NCBI GenBank assembly: GCA_965206745.1
Contig: OZ242220.1
Location: 672,001 to 736,000 of the forward strand
DNA from: Nitrosopumilus sp.
GTDB lineage: Archaea > Thermoproteota > Nitrososphaeria > Nitrososphaerales > Nitrosopumilaceae
DNA: 64,000 bases
Reading direction: 5' to 3'
Within the stretch, counting starts at the first letter, position 1. Each line of letters begins with the position of its first letter. Positions 1 through 10,571 of this stretch are shown piece after piece. Made by a program: the position numbers and the translations under genes. The notes beneath the pieces were generated by a model. That model was given only the letters and a program-made list of their open reading frames with translations, had not been told where the DNA came from and did no database searches.

Positions 1-219
1 CTAGGTGTGGAGTGTGATGGTGCAATGTTCCACTCTGGGAAAAGTGTTAGAGAGCGTGATGTTACGAGACAAAAATTCCTCGAGAGGAGGGGTTGGAATA
101 TTGATAGAATTTGGAGTAGGCACTGGTGGAGAAATCCAGATAGGGAGGTACAAAGAATAAAGGAAAGGATAGACTTGTTGGTGGCCAATCCATCTTTAAA
201 AGGAGATTGTGACAATTGA
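1..219 (+). CDS. 3' end of a gene with a Vsr/DUF559-like endonuclease domain, typical of the C-terminus of DUF4011/AAA SF1 helicases (5'-truncated by the window)
   Basis: Open frame from base 1: LGVECDGAMFHSGKSVRERDVTRQKFLERRGWNIDRIWSRHWW matches the ECDG..H...RD..RQ..LE..GW...RIWS motif. Confidence 0.75.
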   Translation, partial: LGVECDGAMFHSGKSVRERDVTRQKFLERRGWNIDRIWSRHWWRNPDREVQRIKERIDLLVANPSLKGDCDN

Positions 220-845
220 GTGCAAAATCAACTGCAGGCTATGCCCTTCTGTTCATCTTTCTTTTCTTTCTGATTCTGGTACATCCTGGTTTCGTACTGT
301 TATTTTTACTTGCAATAATTATAGTCGTTACATACAAGATAAAACAAAGAATAAAATCAAAACCTGATTCAAGCCGTTCTTATTCTTCAAAAAATCCTCA
401 AAAAAATTCATTTGCAGATTCAGTCTCTGACACAGATCCTGAAAATCTTTCAGAAGACAATGAGAATATTATCAAGAAAGACAAACCAGACACGTCTCCT
501 TTTGAGTCTCTGTCACAAGAGTCGCCCTCAACTGGTGAAGATTCGCCAATTTCAAAAAAACCCAAAACAGGTATTGATGCAACGGGATCCCCAAAAACTC
601 AAAAAAAATCATTTGATGCAAATTATTGGAATTTTAATCCCCATGATACTCTTCAGTCTAAAAAACTGAAATTTCTAAAAGCCATTGATGTTTGCGAAGA
701 AAATAATCTTGAAAGTAAATCCAGAATGCGTCGACTGAGGATGAAAATAGATAGATGGGATGTTGAAAATGAGCGTGATATTGAGGCCATGATTCCTGAC
801 TATGAATCTCTTTTAGATTTGATTGAAGAATTTGAGAATCGATGA
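216..845 (+). CDS. hypothetical membrane-anchored protein (2 N-terminal TM segments, low-complexity linker)
   Basis: 209-aa ORF, hydrophobic N-terminus, 4-nt TTGA overlap with the upstream stop. Confidence 0.7.
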   Translation: MSAKSTAGYALLFIFLFFLILVHPGFVLLFLLAIIIVVTYKIKQRIKSKPDSSRSYSSKNPQKNSFADSVSDTDPENLSEDNENIIKKDKPDTSPFESLSQESPSTGEDSPISKKPKTGIDATGSPKTQKKSFDANYWNFNPHDTLQSKKLKFLKAIDVCEENNLESKSRMRRLRMKIDRWDVENERDIEAMIPDYESLLDLIEEFENR

Positions 846-869
846 TTTCTTTTAAATTTTTGGCACCGC

Positions 870-3536
870 TCATGTAGTTGATTTTGTTAATTTATCCTTG
901 ATGGCCAGATACAATGGTTTTTCATTTTTCTCAGCCAGCAATTCCTGAATGAATTTCTGTGGATCTTTTTTCCATTCTAGAACTTTTCGCAGGTGTTTCT
1001 CAAAGGTAGGATAGACATTTTTTGTCCCTTCGCTGATCTCTTGACCAAATTTGCCTGTATTGATATTGCCTCGCAGTGCTACATATACAACCTCTGTGGC
1101 GATTTGCTCCTCTGGGATTCCTTTCAAGCCTGAAAGCATTTTTTTATACGCTGCAAGCTGTCTTTTGTGCTTTGAATCAGTTTTTTTGTCCGTCTTGTAA
1201 TCCACAATAAGATATCCTGTATCATGTTTGAATACTGCATCAACAAATCCTGTAAACTGGATATTGTCCTCACTATAATCAGTCAGGGAACTGAGTAAAA
1301 CCTTGAGATGTTTCTCAGTTGAATCAATCTTCAGACCTGGATATTTTTCTTTGAGTTCCTTTATTGCATCTAGTCCATTCTGAGCAGCCTTTGCCACATT
1401 GTCTTTATAATTTCCAATCTCTGTCTTGTCTTTTAGTATGTTTGCTAGTGCATCATGGACTTGTGAGCCAAAATTCATTGCAGTAGAATAATGTGGAATA
1501 TTGATAATATTTTTTTCCAAAAATTCGTATGGCTTTGTCGTGATACTAGAATATGAAAAATGATCAACCTTTGCAAAATAATCTTCAATATATTTTTCTA
1601 GCCATCTGTCCTCACCTTTGAGTAACTTCTCTGAATCTGAAAATCTGCCTCCAATAAATAATGAATATGCTTCAGTCAGTCTGTTGTCTAGTTTAGTTGT
1701 AATCAATTCATTTTTTATGTCATCAACTTCCATCTCTGAAAGATCCTCGATGTGATAGTTTTTTGATTCCTTATCTTCTGCAATTACTATCAGTTGTTCT
1801 TTTGCTCTTGTAAATGCAACAAAATCTATTCGTAGTGAATCCTCAGCCATCTCTGATTCAACTTGTATGTCGCTTGAACTAAGAATTGATCTGGTAATGC
1901 TGTCAATAAAACTGGTTTTTCTAGAGTTCTTTGGAATGTAAACCACTATGTCAAAAGATCTTCCTTTTGCTTTGTGAACTGTAGTTAGTGTGATCTTTGA
2001 TTCATTTCTCTGTTCAATGTAGGACTCTTCTCCAATTGAGATAAAATCAAGCAATCCGTCTAATGATGGGGTCTTAAATGTCAGGTATTCGTCGATTTCC
2101 TGTTTTGCTGTCATTGCCGATGAGAACCATTCTGATCCCTTTGCGATGCACATTGGCAAAATAGTGTCTTCAAACCTCTTATCCAGATCCTCTCTTTGCA
2201 GTTTTAATCCCCATGATTTTATTCTGGATAGTTTCTCAGATTCTTTTGCTTTGAATGCATTGGAAAATGCAAATGCCTCTTTGAGTGAGTATGGGGCAAA
2301 TATGGTAAATGCGGCTGAAATTTTATCCTCTATCCCATCAGAGAGTAGTCCTTTGATGTATCCCTGGATCTCATTTTTGGCTTGCTGGGTTGATGCCTGT
2401 GATGATGTGGATGAATATTCTATGCTGTTTGAATCAAGGAATTTTGAAATTTTGATTATCTGACTGTTTGTTCTGGTAATGATTCCAACTGATTTCTCTG
2501 GATTCTCCTCAATTATCTCTAAAATTTTTGAGAGATGGGCACTAGAGATTACTTTTGGAATCTCTCCTGTTTTTTCAGATCGAAATTCTGAGAGTTCATC
2601 CTCAAACATCTCTTTATGCTTAGTTTTATTAAGAAAATATTGTTTTGAATAGTCGAGGATTTGCTGTGAACTGCGTCTGTTAATCGAAAGCATCTTTACT
2701 TTACACGTCTCTGTAAATTTTTGGAAATTTTTAACTGATCCGCCCTGAAAACCAAAGATTGCCTGCTTTGCATCACCTACCAAAAATAGATGCTCTGCAA
2801 CCATTGTTGCAATTTCAACCTCTATCTCATTCATGTCTTGCATTTCATCAACTAGTACATGTTCAAACTTTTTTCCGTGAAACTTTTCTTTGAATATCAA
2901 AAGCATGTCTGAATAATCTACTGCTTCAAGCTTTGATTTCTCATACTCCTTATAGGCCTCAATAAAATATCCTAAAAATGACTTCATCTCCTCAATCGTA
3001 TACGTTGAAGATTCATCAAAGTTCTCTTCCAGTATTGCAGTAGCTTTGCTGATGTTGATTTTCTCGGGAGTTATTCCAAAATTTTTGATATACCTAATGG
3101 CATTCTCTGTTTTTGGGACTATTGTGGAAACAATGTAATCTTTTCCATAGTTTAGTGCCCTGTTTTGCTCAAAGCTGCTGAGAATTGAAAATCGCATTAA
3201 ATTATTTCCAACTATGTCACCTGAAATTATGTTTTCATCAAGAAGATAGTTGTATGCAAAGCTGTGAAATGTGTGTATGTTTATCTTCATGATCTCCAAG
3301 TCGGAGAATTTACCCCTCCCTCTGTCATAGATTGCATCAAACATTTCTTTTTTAGCTTTTTCGGTGAATGTGACACATAGGATGTTTTCAGGGCTTACCC
3401 CCTCTTCAAGTAGTTTGATTACTTTGAATGACAGTGTTGTGGTTTTTCCAGTACCTGGATTGGATACTACAACTGTGTCTTCCTTTGAATCGATGATTTC
3501 CTGCTGCTCTTTTGAAAGTTCCATGGTATGTTTCAT
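870..3536 (-). CDS. UvrD/REP (SF1) helicase fused to a C-terminal PD-(D/E)XK nuclease (AddA/RecB-like architecture)
   Basis: LSKEQ Q-motif, PGTGKT Walker A, VTFT, TFHSFA, VDEMQD, VGDAKQAIFGF, TVHKAKG, FVAFTRAK; nuclease SYSSI..GFVDAV..IVDYKT..QLAAY; AGGAG SD upstream. Confidence 0.9.
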   Translation of the reverse strand: MKHTMELSKEQQEIIDSKEDTVVVSNPGTGKTTTLSFKVIKLLEEGVSPENILCVTFTEKAKKEMFDAIYDRGRGKFSDLEIMKINIHTFHSFAYNYLLDENIISGDIVGNNLMRFSILSSFEQNRALNYGKDYIVSTIVPKTENAIRYIKNFGITPEKINISKATAILEENFDESSTYTIEEMKSFLGYFIEAYKEYEKSKLEAVDYSDMLLIFKEKFHGKKFEHVLVDEMQDMNEIEVEIATMVAEHLFLVGDAKQAIFGFQGGSVKNFQKFTETCKVKMLSINRRSSQQILDYSKQYFLNKTKHKEMFEDELSEFRSEKTGEIPKVISSAHLSKILEIIEENPEKSVGIITRTNSQIIKISKFLDSNSIEYSSTSSQASTQQAKNEIQGYIKGLLSDGIEDKISAAFTIFAPYSLKEAFAFSNAFKAKESEKLSRIKSWGLKLQREDLDKRFEDTILPMCIAKGSEWFSSAMTAKQEIDEYLTFKTPSLDGLLDFISIGEESYIEQRNESKITLTTVHKAKGRSFDIVVYIPKNSRKTSFIDSITRSILSSSDIQVESEMAEDSLRIDFVAFTRAKEQLIVIAEDKESKNYHIEDLSEMEVDDIKNELITTKLDNRLTEAYSLFIGGRFSDSEKLLKGEDRWLEKYIEDYFAKVDHFSYSSITTKPYEFLEKNIINIPHYSTAMNFGSQVHDALANILKDKTEIGNYKDNVAKAAQNGLDAIKELKEKYPGLKIDSTEKHLKVLLSSLTDYSEDNIQFTGFVDAVFKHDTGYLIVDYKTDKKTDSKHKRQLAAYKKMLSGLKGIPEEQIATEVVYVALRGNINTGKFGQEISEGTKNVYPTFEKHLRKVLEWKKDPQKFIQELLAEKNEKPLYLAIKDKLTKSTT

Positions 3537-3559
3537 TGTCTCCTAAAGTATGGAATGTC

Positions 3560-3646
3560 TTAGTTTCGAGCATAAAAGAGTGGCTCTTCATCGCCTTCAT
3601 CCTCAAACTCTCTGATGATTCTCGGATATATTGTTGGTTTTTGCAT
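3560..3646 (-). CDS. candidate 28-aa acidic microprotein MQKPTIYPRIIREFEDEGDEEPLFYARN
   Basis: ATG..TAA frame ending 24 nt before the helicase start; AT-rich TATA-like tract about 25 nt upstream. Confidence 0.4.
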   Translation of the reverse strand: MQKPTIYPRIIREFEDEGDEEPLFYARN

Positions 3647-3886
3647 GAATCTGATTGAATTCTAATATTATTATGAAACATGATAATAGTATGCATACTT
3701 TGAATACTGTTTGAAATACTCTTTAATCTCAAGATTCATGCAGGAATTTTCTATGAATTTGTTAACTTTGTTGCCTTGTGTGGCCCCTGGTTTTAGGCAT
3801 GATGATTCATTGATCTCTAGTTTAGGCATATGCAGCAAACCGGAAAAAACAATTCGCTAGAGAGTCGGATCTGCATTTTTGATTGT

Positions 3887-6319
3887 TTATCTTTGATTCA
3901 TTTTGGAGATCTTTGAGACTCCGGTCTCCTTTGAAATCTGAAAGATGTTATCCACATACGTCTCTAGTTCTCTCTCGTGTGAAACAAGCACAATCTGTTC
4001 GGATTTTAGTTCATCTAGCAATTCCCGAATCTTTCCTAACTGGTTTTTAGAAAATCCATCGGTGGGTTCATCCAAAATCAGCAAATTGGACTTTATGGAT
4101 TCAGTCTCCTTTCTCATCAGAGAATTCAGAGTCAGTCTGTAGGCTAGTGCGATGCTTGTCTTCTCGCCGCCTGACAGGTATCCTACATCTTGATCGTATT
4201 CGTCTTGTCTTACAATTGGGGTGAAATCCTCATCGATTTGGGATTCCTTGGTGGAGTCTTCGATTAAAATTGAGTACCACCTTGTATATGTCTCGTTGAA
4301 ATCCTGCAAGATTGATAGCAATACCTGCTTTTCAATCTGGGATACTGTTGGAATAAAAAATGTTTCTAGCCATCGCTGGAACTCTGTAAACTTTCTGTGC
4401 CTTGCCTCGTACCTTCTGGACTCTGTGATCTTTGATTCACCTTGTCTTATTTTTTCAGTCTGATTTTTTAGATTCTCCAAAGATGCCGCAATCATGCCGG
4501 AAACCTTTGCCATCTCTTTTCTGAGTGAATCTAGTTCCCTCTCCTTGCTTGATGTGTCCTCATCAGAATCTGCAAAAGAACCAAGCTTTGCCTGTATCTG
4601 CTCTAGTTCCAGATCCATCTCTGAAATCTGGGATGCTAGCAAATCTGCCTCCTCTCTATGCTCGGTAACTGTTTTCTCTATCTTTTGCTTGGTTTTGACT
4701 ATCTGCTTTATCTGGTCTGTCAAACTCTCAAATTGCATGACCCTGTCTTTTAATTCATTCAGATATGTCACTGGATTCTTGTCTTCAAATTCTGGATCTT
4801 GCAGCTTTCTTTCCAGTTCCTTGATTTCTCGGTCTAGTTGGTTCTCCCTTGCAGATTTTGCCTCAAACTCTTCTATTCTTGGAATGATTATTTGAATCTG
4901 TGAGATCTTCTCCGTGTATGACTCTATCTTACTCTGGATTTCTTTGAATTCTTTGTTTGACGCAAAAAATGAATTGGCAGTTGATATCAGTTCATCAGTC
5001 AATGATCTTACTTTTCTTTCTTTATCATCAACTAGACTGTGGTGGTGTTCATCGGTAATCGTCTGCTTGCATGTGGGGCATGCGTTTCCTAGCTTGGAAA
5101 ATTCTGCAATCTCCTCTTCCAGTGATTTTTTGAGTGCCTCGCTCTGAATTTTTTGACTGTTTACCTTCTCTAATCCTTCTTTGATCTCGCTTGCAATCTT
5201 TTCTAGTTCTTCCTTCTCTTGACATAGGCCATTTAATGTACTCTCAAGTGTTTCCTTCTCCGAATCTATTTTTTTACCGAATCTCTCTTTTAATCGTACA
5301 ATATCCTGATGTATGCTGTCCTTCTCAGACTCTGACCTTATTATCTCGTCATTAATCTTTTGGAATCTTTTAATCTCCGCTACGATATCTGGAATGCTTT
5401 TTTTGGTTTCAGGTTTTTTTATTTTTGCTAGTTTCTCTAATTTATGATTGTCTTCTTTTAACTCATTTTTGTAATCTGCAAATTTCTGCTTGATTCTCTC
5501 TATTCGTGCCTTATTTGTGGCAATCTTTTCACTGGTATTCTCTTTCTTTGATTCAAGCTTTATTTTTTCGCTATTCTTTGCTTGTAACTCTTTTAGTTCT
5601 TGCATTTTCTTATTCTCGTCTGCTTGAAGAGTTTTTTGCAGCTCTTGTTTTTGTGAAATCTCAGATTTTAGTTTGGATTTGATTTTTTGGGATTCGCTGA
5701 TCCCAGATTCCAATTCAGAAATGTTGCTGAACTTTCCTTCGAGTATTCCTGCTTTTACTTTGATTTCGTATAATACTTCACGAGCATTTGACTCGACAAT
5801 GCTGTAATCTTCAATTCCAAAGGCCTTGCGAATGGTCTCAAGACGCCTTTTGGGGTTGAAAAGCACATCCTTCATGGCCTCCTGAGGCGTAAATATGGCA
5901 TATCGAAATATCCTGCTTTCAGCCTTTGGGTCTGCTGGCTCGTTGAACTTTAGTATCTGCAAAACTCGCTGTTTTAATTCAGATGGCGATAGCAGTTCTT
6001 TTTGACCGCCGATCTTTATCCATGAGTTTTTTGAATCCTGACTGACTGTAGAGCCTTTTCTTAGCAATATTCGCTTGATCTCGTATCTCTCCCCATCTGT
6101 TGAAAAATCCAAAATCACATGACCCATATCTGATTTTTTTGCCAATAGTGCATCTGCCTTTTGAGATCCTAGGCCAAACAATGCAAACTCTATTGCCATG
6201 AGTACAGTTGATTTGCCGCTTCCGATGTCGCCCTCAAACAGAGTGATCCCTCTGGGAAATTCCACTTCTTCGTGTTGATAGCTTCTGATGTTCTCAATAA
6301 TTATTGAATTAAGAATCAT
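3887..6319 (-). CDS. rad50: Rad50 double-strand break repair ATPase
   Basis: GDIGSGKST Walker A, coiled coils, CPTC zinc hook, LSGGE signature, LILDEPT; start refined to MILNSIII. Confidence 0.93.
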   Translation of the reverse strand: MILNSIIIENIRSYQHEEVEFPRGITLFEGDIGSGKSTVLMAIEFALFGLGSQKADALLAKKSDMGHVILDFSTDGERYEIKRILLRKGSTVSQDSKNSWIKIGGQKELLSPSELKQRVLQILKFNEPADPKAESRIFRYAIFTPQEAMKDVLFNPKRRLETIRKAFGIEDYSIVESNAREVLYEIKVKAGILEGKFSNISELESGISESQKIKSKLKSEISQKQELQKTLQADENKKMQELKELQAKNSEKIKLESKKENTSEKIATNKARIERIKQKFADYKNELKEDNHKLEKLAKIKKPETKKSIPDIVAEIKRFQKINDEIIRSESEKDSIHQDIVRLKERFGKKIDSEKETLESTLNGLCQEKEELEKIASEIKEGLEKVNSQKIQSEALKKSLEEEIAEFSKLGNACPTCKQTITDEHHHSLVDDKERKVRSLTDELISTANSFFASNKEFKEIQSKIESYTEKISQIQIIIPRIEEFEAKSARENQLDREIKELERKLQDPEFEDKNPVTYLNELKDRVMQFESLTDQIKQIVKTKQKIEKTVTEHREEADLLASQISEMDLELEQIQAKLGSFADSDEDTSSKERELDSLRKEMAKVSGMIAASLENLKNQTEKIRQGESKITESRRYEARHRKFTEFQRWLETFFIPTVSQIEKQVLLSILQDFNETYTRWYSILIEDSTKESQIDEDFTPIVRQDEYDQDVGYLSGGEKTSIALAYRLTLNSLMRKETESIKSNLLILDEPTDGFSKNQLGKIRELLDELKSEQIVLVSHERELETYVDNIFQISKETGVSKISKMNQR

Positions 6320-7565
6320 CTCTGTCAAGTCCCAAAACTGCCAAAGCGCTATCCTTGATTCTTGGAATGTATTCGTTCTTCTTTTCATTGATCAATGGCG
6401 GTTGGCCCAACCCTGATAGCAGCTTTTTTGCAAGTTTGATCCCCTCATCATCCAACAACTCTGAATAGTCAAATCGTAACTGCCCGATGTTTTCCGAGAA
6501 CACATTTGTTTCAATCTCTTCCCTGTTTGCACCCTTTGCCTTTGTAATCGAGTACTCTTTTGATGTCAATTGACTCTTGCTTATGTTGACCATTATTGCG
6601 TCTCGTTGGTTGAGTTCGTCCCTGATTGCAGAAATATCCACATCGGCAGTTTTGCCTCTGGTCAGCTCACCTTTGACCTTGATAATTACAACCTTGTCTG
6701 CTGGATCGATACCTTTGGTTTTTTCCTGCAACTCTTGATTGATTGATTCGGCCTTTCTGTTATTTGCATCGACTTCGATAACCTCATATGCCGTGTTTTC
6801 AATCTCTACAAACTCTACTGATTTTATGACGTCCTCAAATTCAACTAAAACAAAGCCGCGCTTTTGTCCCCTTGCATTATCCTCCAAATCTGCGTAATAT
6901 CCTGCAAATGGGGTTCCGGGATACACGACATTGGGATATTCCTCAAATGACTGGTGATTGAACTTGTGCATGTGTCCTCCTGCATAGTATGAGAATCCTT
7001 TGGGCAGCAGAGATAGGGGCATTTGCGCCCCGTCCATGCCTGTATCTGCCTTCATATCTGCAATTCCGCCATGAAACAAGAATATCTTGAGCCCTGGTTC
7101 TGCCTCCAAAGGGTCTCGGTCAAGCTTTTCATACCACTCTCTGTCTCTTCCTACCTTCAGACCAGACAAACCGGTAATCTTGACACCTGTCTTTTGATCA
7201 ACTAAAAATTTCAAAGATATGGTGCCATCCTCATGACTTGTGGCACTAGTGACTTTGGTGATGTAGCCGATCTCTGCTAGCAGATCAATTACCGAGTTTG
7301 ACACTGGGGAAAAGTCATGACTTCCATATATTACATAGATTGGAATTTGTGCATCGTGGACCTGGCGAAACTTTGCAAATGCAAATTTCTGAACCCTCAT
7401 CTCCGGAATGTTTACATGAAATAAATCCCCCGGAATCAGGATAAAATTCACCCTTTTGGAGATGCATTCATCAATTGCTTTCTCAAACACCTGCTGTTCT
7501 ATCTTTTGCAGGGCTTCGTGTTTTTGAAATCCCAGGTGAATGTCTGACAAATGCGCAAACAGCAA
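6309..7565 (-). CDS. mre11: Mre11 nuclease
   Basis: DIHLG, GDLFH, GSHD, GGHMH, YPG metallophosphoesterase motifs; overlaps rad50. Confidence 0.93.
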   Translation of the reverse strand: MLFAHLSDIHLGFQKHEALQKIEQQVFEKAIDECISKRVNFILIPGDLFHVNIPEMRVQKFAFAKFRQVHDAQIPIYVIYGSHDFSPVSNSVIDLLAEIGYITKVTSATSHEDGTISLKFLVDQKTGVKITGLSGLKVGRDREWYEKLDRDPLEAEPGLKIFLFHGGIADMKADTGMDGAQMPLSLLPKGFSYYAGGHMHKFNHQSFEEYPNVVYPGTPFAGYYADLEDNARGQKRGFVLVEFEDVIKSVEFVEIENTAYEVIEVDANNRKAESINQELQEKTKGIDPADKVVIIKVKGELTRGKTADVDISAIRDELNQRDAIMVNISKSQLTSKEYSITKAKGANREEIETNVFSENIGQLRFDYSELLDDEGIKLAKKLLSGLGQPPLINEKKNEYIPRIKDSALAVLGLDRDDS

Positions 7566-7566
7566 T

Positions 7567-9150
7567 CTAGAACACCTTTGTCTTGCCCATCTCTGGTCTG
7601 ATCCCTTTCTCTCTTACAATATCCTCAAACAAGGGAACTTTGATTGGCATTGCAAATGGCACAAAGATACTGGTAATGATTGCCTCACCTTTATCCAAAC
7701 TTGCAATGTTTTTGTCATCCTCAGACAAGTCCTGGGAAGCAGAAGCTATGATTGCTTCCCTTTCTTGCTTCATCTCGTTTCCCAGAATTATTTTGGTATT
7801 CATGTTAGCTAGAATGGTTTTTGGAATGACACTTGATAGTTGCGTGATTGCAGTTAATCCTACCTTGAATTTGCGTCCCTCTTTGGCAATCGTTGAATAG
7901 ATGTTGTCATTTTTTGATGTTAGCACATCTACACCGATGACACGCGGTGCCTCCTCAATGACTATTGTTGCCACCGGCTTTCTATCTAGCTCTCCGCCTG
8001 CCTTGGCATCCTTGTACTTTTGCAACAACTTTGATGCGATAATGTTCCCAACTAGCAGCTCTGCCTCGTTGCCCAATCGTGAGGTGTCAAGAACCACGAC
8101 TTTGCCTGACTCGATATCTTTTACGATCTCATCTACTGTGGCAAGCCCCTTTGTCGTACTATCAAAGACCTCGTGCCTTGAGAATATCACTCCTTCCTCA
8201 TCCTTTTCTAGGCTCAAAAGTAGGCGCAACTTTCTTTGTACCACCATCATTGTAGCTGCTGCAAATTCCCCCCTGCCTTGGCTACTACTTTCCATTCCTG
8301 CATCAACTGCATCAGTTACCATCAAGTCCCGGATCCAATTGCTCCGAGAATTTCTAAATGCCATTCTGATTGCCTGGAATTGGGGATCTGAAAAGTCAAC
8401 AATTCCCTCAAAGTGCTCAGGCCTGATTGATTGTAAATTAACTGTTAGTCTGTTTGCCCCGACCGGGGGATTTGATGGCGTATAATACATCATGTTCTCT
8501 TTAGCCCTTGGATGGTCCTTGAGTCCAATCCCATTTCGTCCAAAGTATTCATCATGTGCATCTAATACCAAGGCGCCAACTTTGTTCGTATCTAGTACGT
8601 GCCAAAGGATTGTTTTCACCAAATTGGATTTTCCGCGACCAGTGGTTGCAGGGATTAGCACGTGATGTGAAAACACGTCCTCAGCTGGCAGCCATACCTC
8701 TGCCTCCTTGATCACTTTACTTCCGCTTCGAATGTGCCCTACAAAGATAGAGTCCTTCTCTTTTTGCAAGAATTTCAAATCGCCTTTTGAAATCAATCGT
8801 AATCTGTTAAAAAATGAAGGCAGTGATTTTGGAATCTTTACATCGCCATTTTCCTTAAACACGCGGGCCAACGGTTTTATCCGGGCCAAAACATAATTTA
8901 CAAAATCCGGCTCGTAAAAATTGGCATCAACTACTCCCTGCTCTAAATTAACACCTGACATCATCTCTTGCATTTTATCTTGAATTTGAGAACCATATTC
9001 TAGTGCAAATACTTGCAAGATCAAAAATGAGCCGTTCTCTTCTGATACCATCAAGTCACCAATCTCCAAATCAGTCCCTGCCTTTTGTCGAATAACAATG
9101 TCTCCGAATCTTCCCCCGACCACTTGTCCTACAACTGATATCTCATCCAT
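7567..9150 (-). CDS. herA: HerA bipolar helicase/ATPase
   Basis: N-terminal HAS-barrel-like region, TTGRGKS, LDAHDEY, IEEA, EGRKF, AITQ; context with nurA/mre11. Confidence 0.9.
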   Translation of the reverse strand: MDEISVVGQVVGGRFGDIVIRQKAGTDLEIGDLMVSEENGSFLILQVFALEYGSQIQDKMQEMMSGVNLEQGVVDANFYEPDFVNYVLARIKPLARVFKENGDVKIPKSLPSFFNRLRLISKGDLKFLQKEKDSIFVGHIRSGSKVIKEAEVWLPAEDVFSHHVLIPATTGRGKSNLVKTILWHVLDTNKVGALVLDAHDEYFGRNGIGLKDHPRAKENMMYYTPSNPPVGANRLTVNLQSIRPEHFEGIVDFSDPQFQAIRMAFRNSRSNWIRDLMVTDAVDAGMESSSQGRGEFAAATMMVVQRKLRLLLSLEKDEEGVIFSRHEVFDSTTKGLATVDEIVKDIESGKVVVLDTSRLGNEAELLVGNIIASKLLQKYKDAKAGGELDRKPVATIVIEEAPRVIGVDVLTSKNDNIYSTIAKEGRKFKVGLTAITQLSSVIPKTILANMNTKIILGNEMKQEREAIIASASQDLSEDDKNIASLDKGEAIITSIFVPFAMPIKVPLFEDIVREKGIRPEMGKTKVF

Positions 9151-10247
9151 CAGCTAGTCACTCCGTTTAGAACATCATGTGCGCGCAAGCTTGCACTATA
9201 CTTTTGCAATCTCTTCCACTCTGGATGGCGCATCTTCTCAGATAGGAGGAATCCCTGATACATGTTTAACTCATCACGTCTAATTTGGGCAAATCTGTCT
9301 GCATCAATTGCCCCGTATGGATAGCCAAGCATGGCTACGTCTTGGGAATTCTCAGCCAGACTGGCAAGAACCGAGTTTAACTCATCAGGACTCATCCCCT
9401 CAAACTGTTCTCGTAATATCTCAAATCTGAAGACAAATCTGGATTTTGCATGAAACTTTACTGCAAGCATGAACCCTCTATCGTCATCTGATATCACTTC
9501 GGCCACTTTAACATACCATCTTTGGTGTGAGACTGCCTCTGCAATCTCGGCAATTCTTGCAAGCAGTGGATCCCCTGACTCTGTGATTAACTTGCTGGTC
9601 TTTGCCAGTCCACAGACAATGACTCCCTTTTTCATTGCCAAATCGTATAATTTTTTTGCGTATTTTATTTCATTTTTAAAACCAGTCTGCAACGAGCCGT
9701 CCATCACAATCATGTCGCCCTTTTCAAGCTCTGATCCGACTACGTGTATTGCCAACTGCCATTCTGCAAATCGCCTGCCCATCGAATTCAAGCTTGCACC
9801 CTGCAGTACGGTCGTATTCTCGCTACACGATGTCAAATCCTCTTCGGCTGGCAGATATTTTTTATCCTCTGCGGTGTGCGGGAACAGCTTTGTATTGTAA
9901 CTGACATTTTTCTTACCCTCAACTGTCTCAATATTTGAGGTTACGCTGGAGAAAAACTGTACGCGAGAATTGGATTTGGGCTTTATTCTTTTTTTGCCCT
10001 GGAATAGTGAAAAGTATACGCGGTTAATTGTGATCAGGAAATTTGGTGATTCCTCAAGCGATCCGTCTCCACCATCCACAAACGCAATCTTGCGAGGATT
10101 GTACGTTGACTTGATTTCAACAAACTCTGAAGGTGCAATGAGAAACTGCTTTCCCTTCCCATTGCTAAGAACTATGTCTGAATGCTCTTTCTGTGACAGA
10201 TGAGCACCCAACTCTTCGATTAAACTTTTTACTGGATCTTCAACCAT
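9150..10247 (-). CDS. nurA: NurA nuclease
   Basis: FVDGG, MDGSL, GLAKTS, GYPYG..DADRFA motifs; abuts herA. Confidence 0.88.
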   Translation of the reverse strand: MVEDPVKSLIEELGAHLSQKEHSDIVLSNGKGKQFLIAPSEFVEIKSTYNPRKIAFVDGGDGSLEESPNFLITINRVYFSLFQGKKRIKPKSNSRVQFFSSVTSNIETVEGKKNVSYNTKLFPHTAEDKKYLPAEEDLTSCSENTTVLQGASLNSMGRRFAEWQLAIHVVGSELEKGDMIVMDGSLQTGFKNEIKYAKKLYDLAMKKGVIVCGLAKTSKLITESGDPLLARIAEIAEAVSHQRWYVKVAEVISDDDRGFMLAVKFHAKSRFVFRFEILREQFEGMSPDELNSVLASLAENSQDVAMLGYPYGAIDADRFAQIRRDELNMYQGFLLSEKMRHPEWKRLQKYSASLRAHDVLNGVTS

Positions 10248-10571
10248 GCATATCTTTCCCTTTCTGTGTTGTATGATATTTTCCTATAGTAAGAGTTTGA
10301 CTGTTAGCTATCAGAATTTCCACCTGTTTGACGGATCAACTCAGATCCGATTTGCACTGTAACAAAATTATGCGTAAAATGGATTATCTGATCCATTTTT
10401 CTGACTTGCTCTGGATATTCTGACTGGAATTTGGTAAATCTGCCCTTTTTTGAGCAGTCATGCAGTCCTGGGATATCCCTTTGAAATACTTCAAATCCTG
10501 TGGTTTTTTTGTAACACAATACATTACTATCCCAAAAATCAACAATCTGACTAAACGGTGCAGACAAAACT

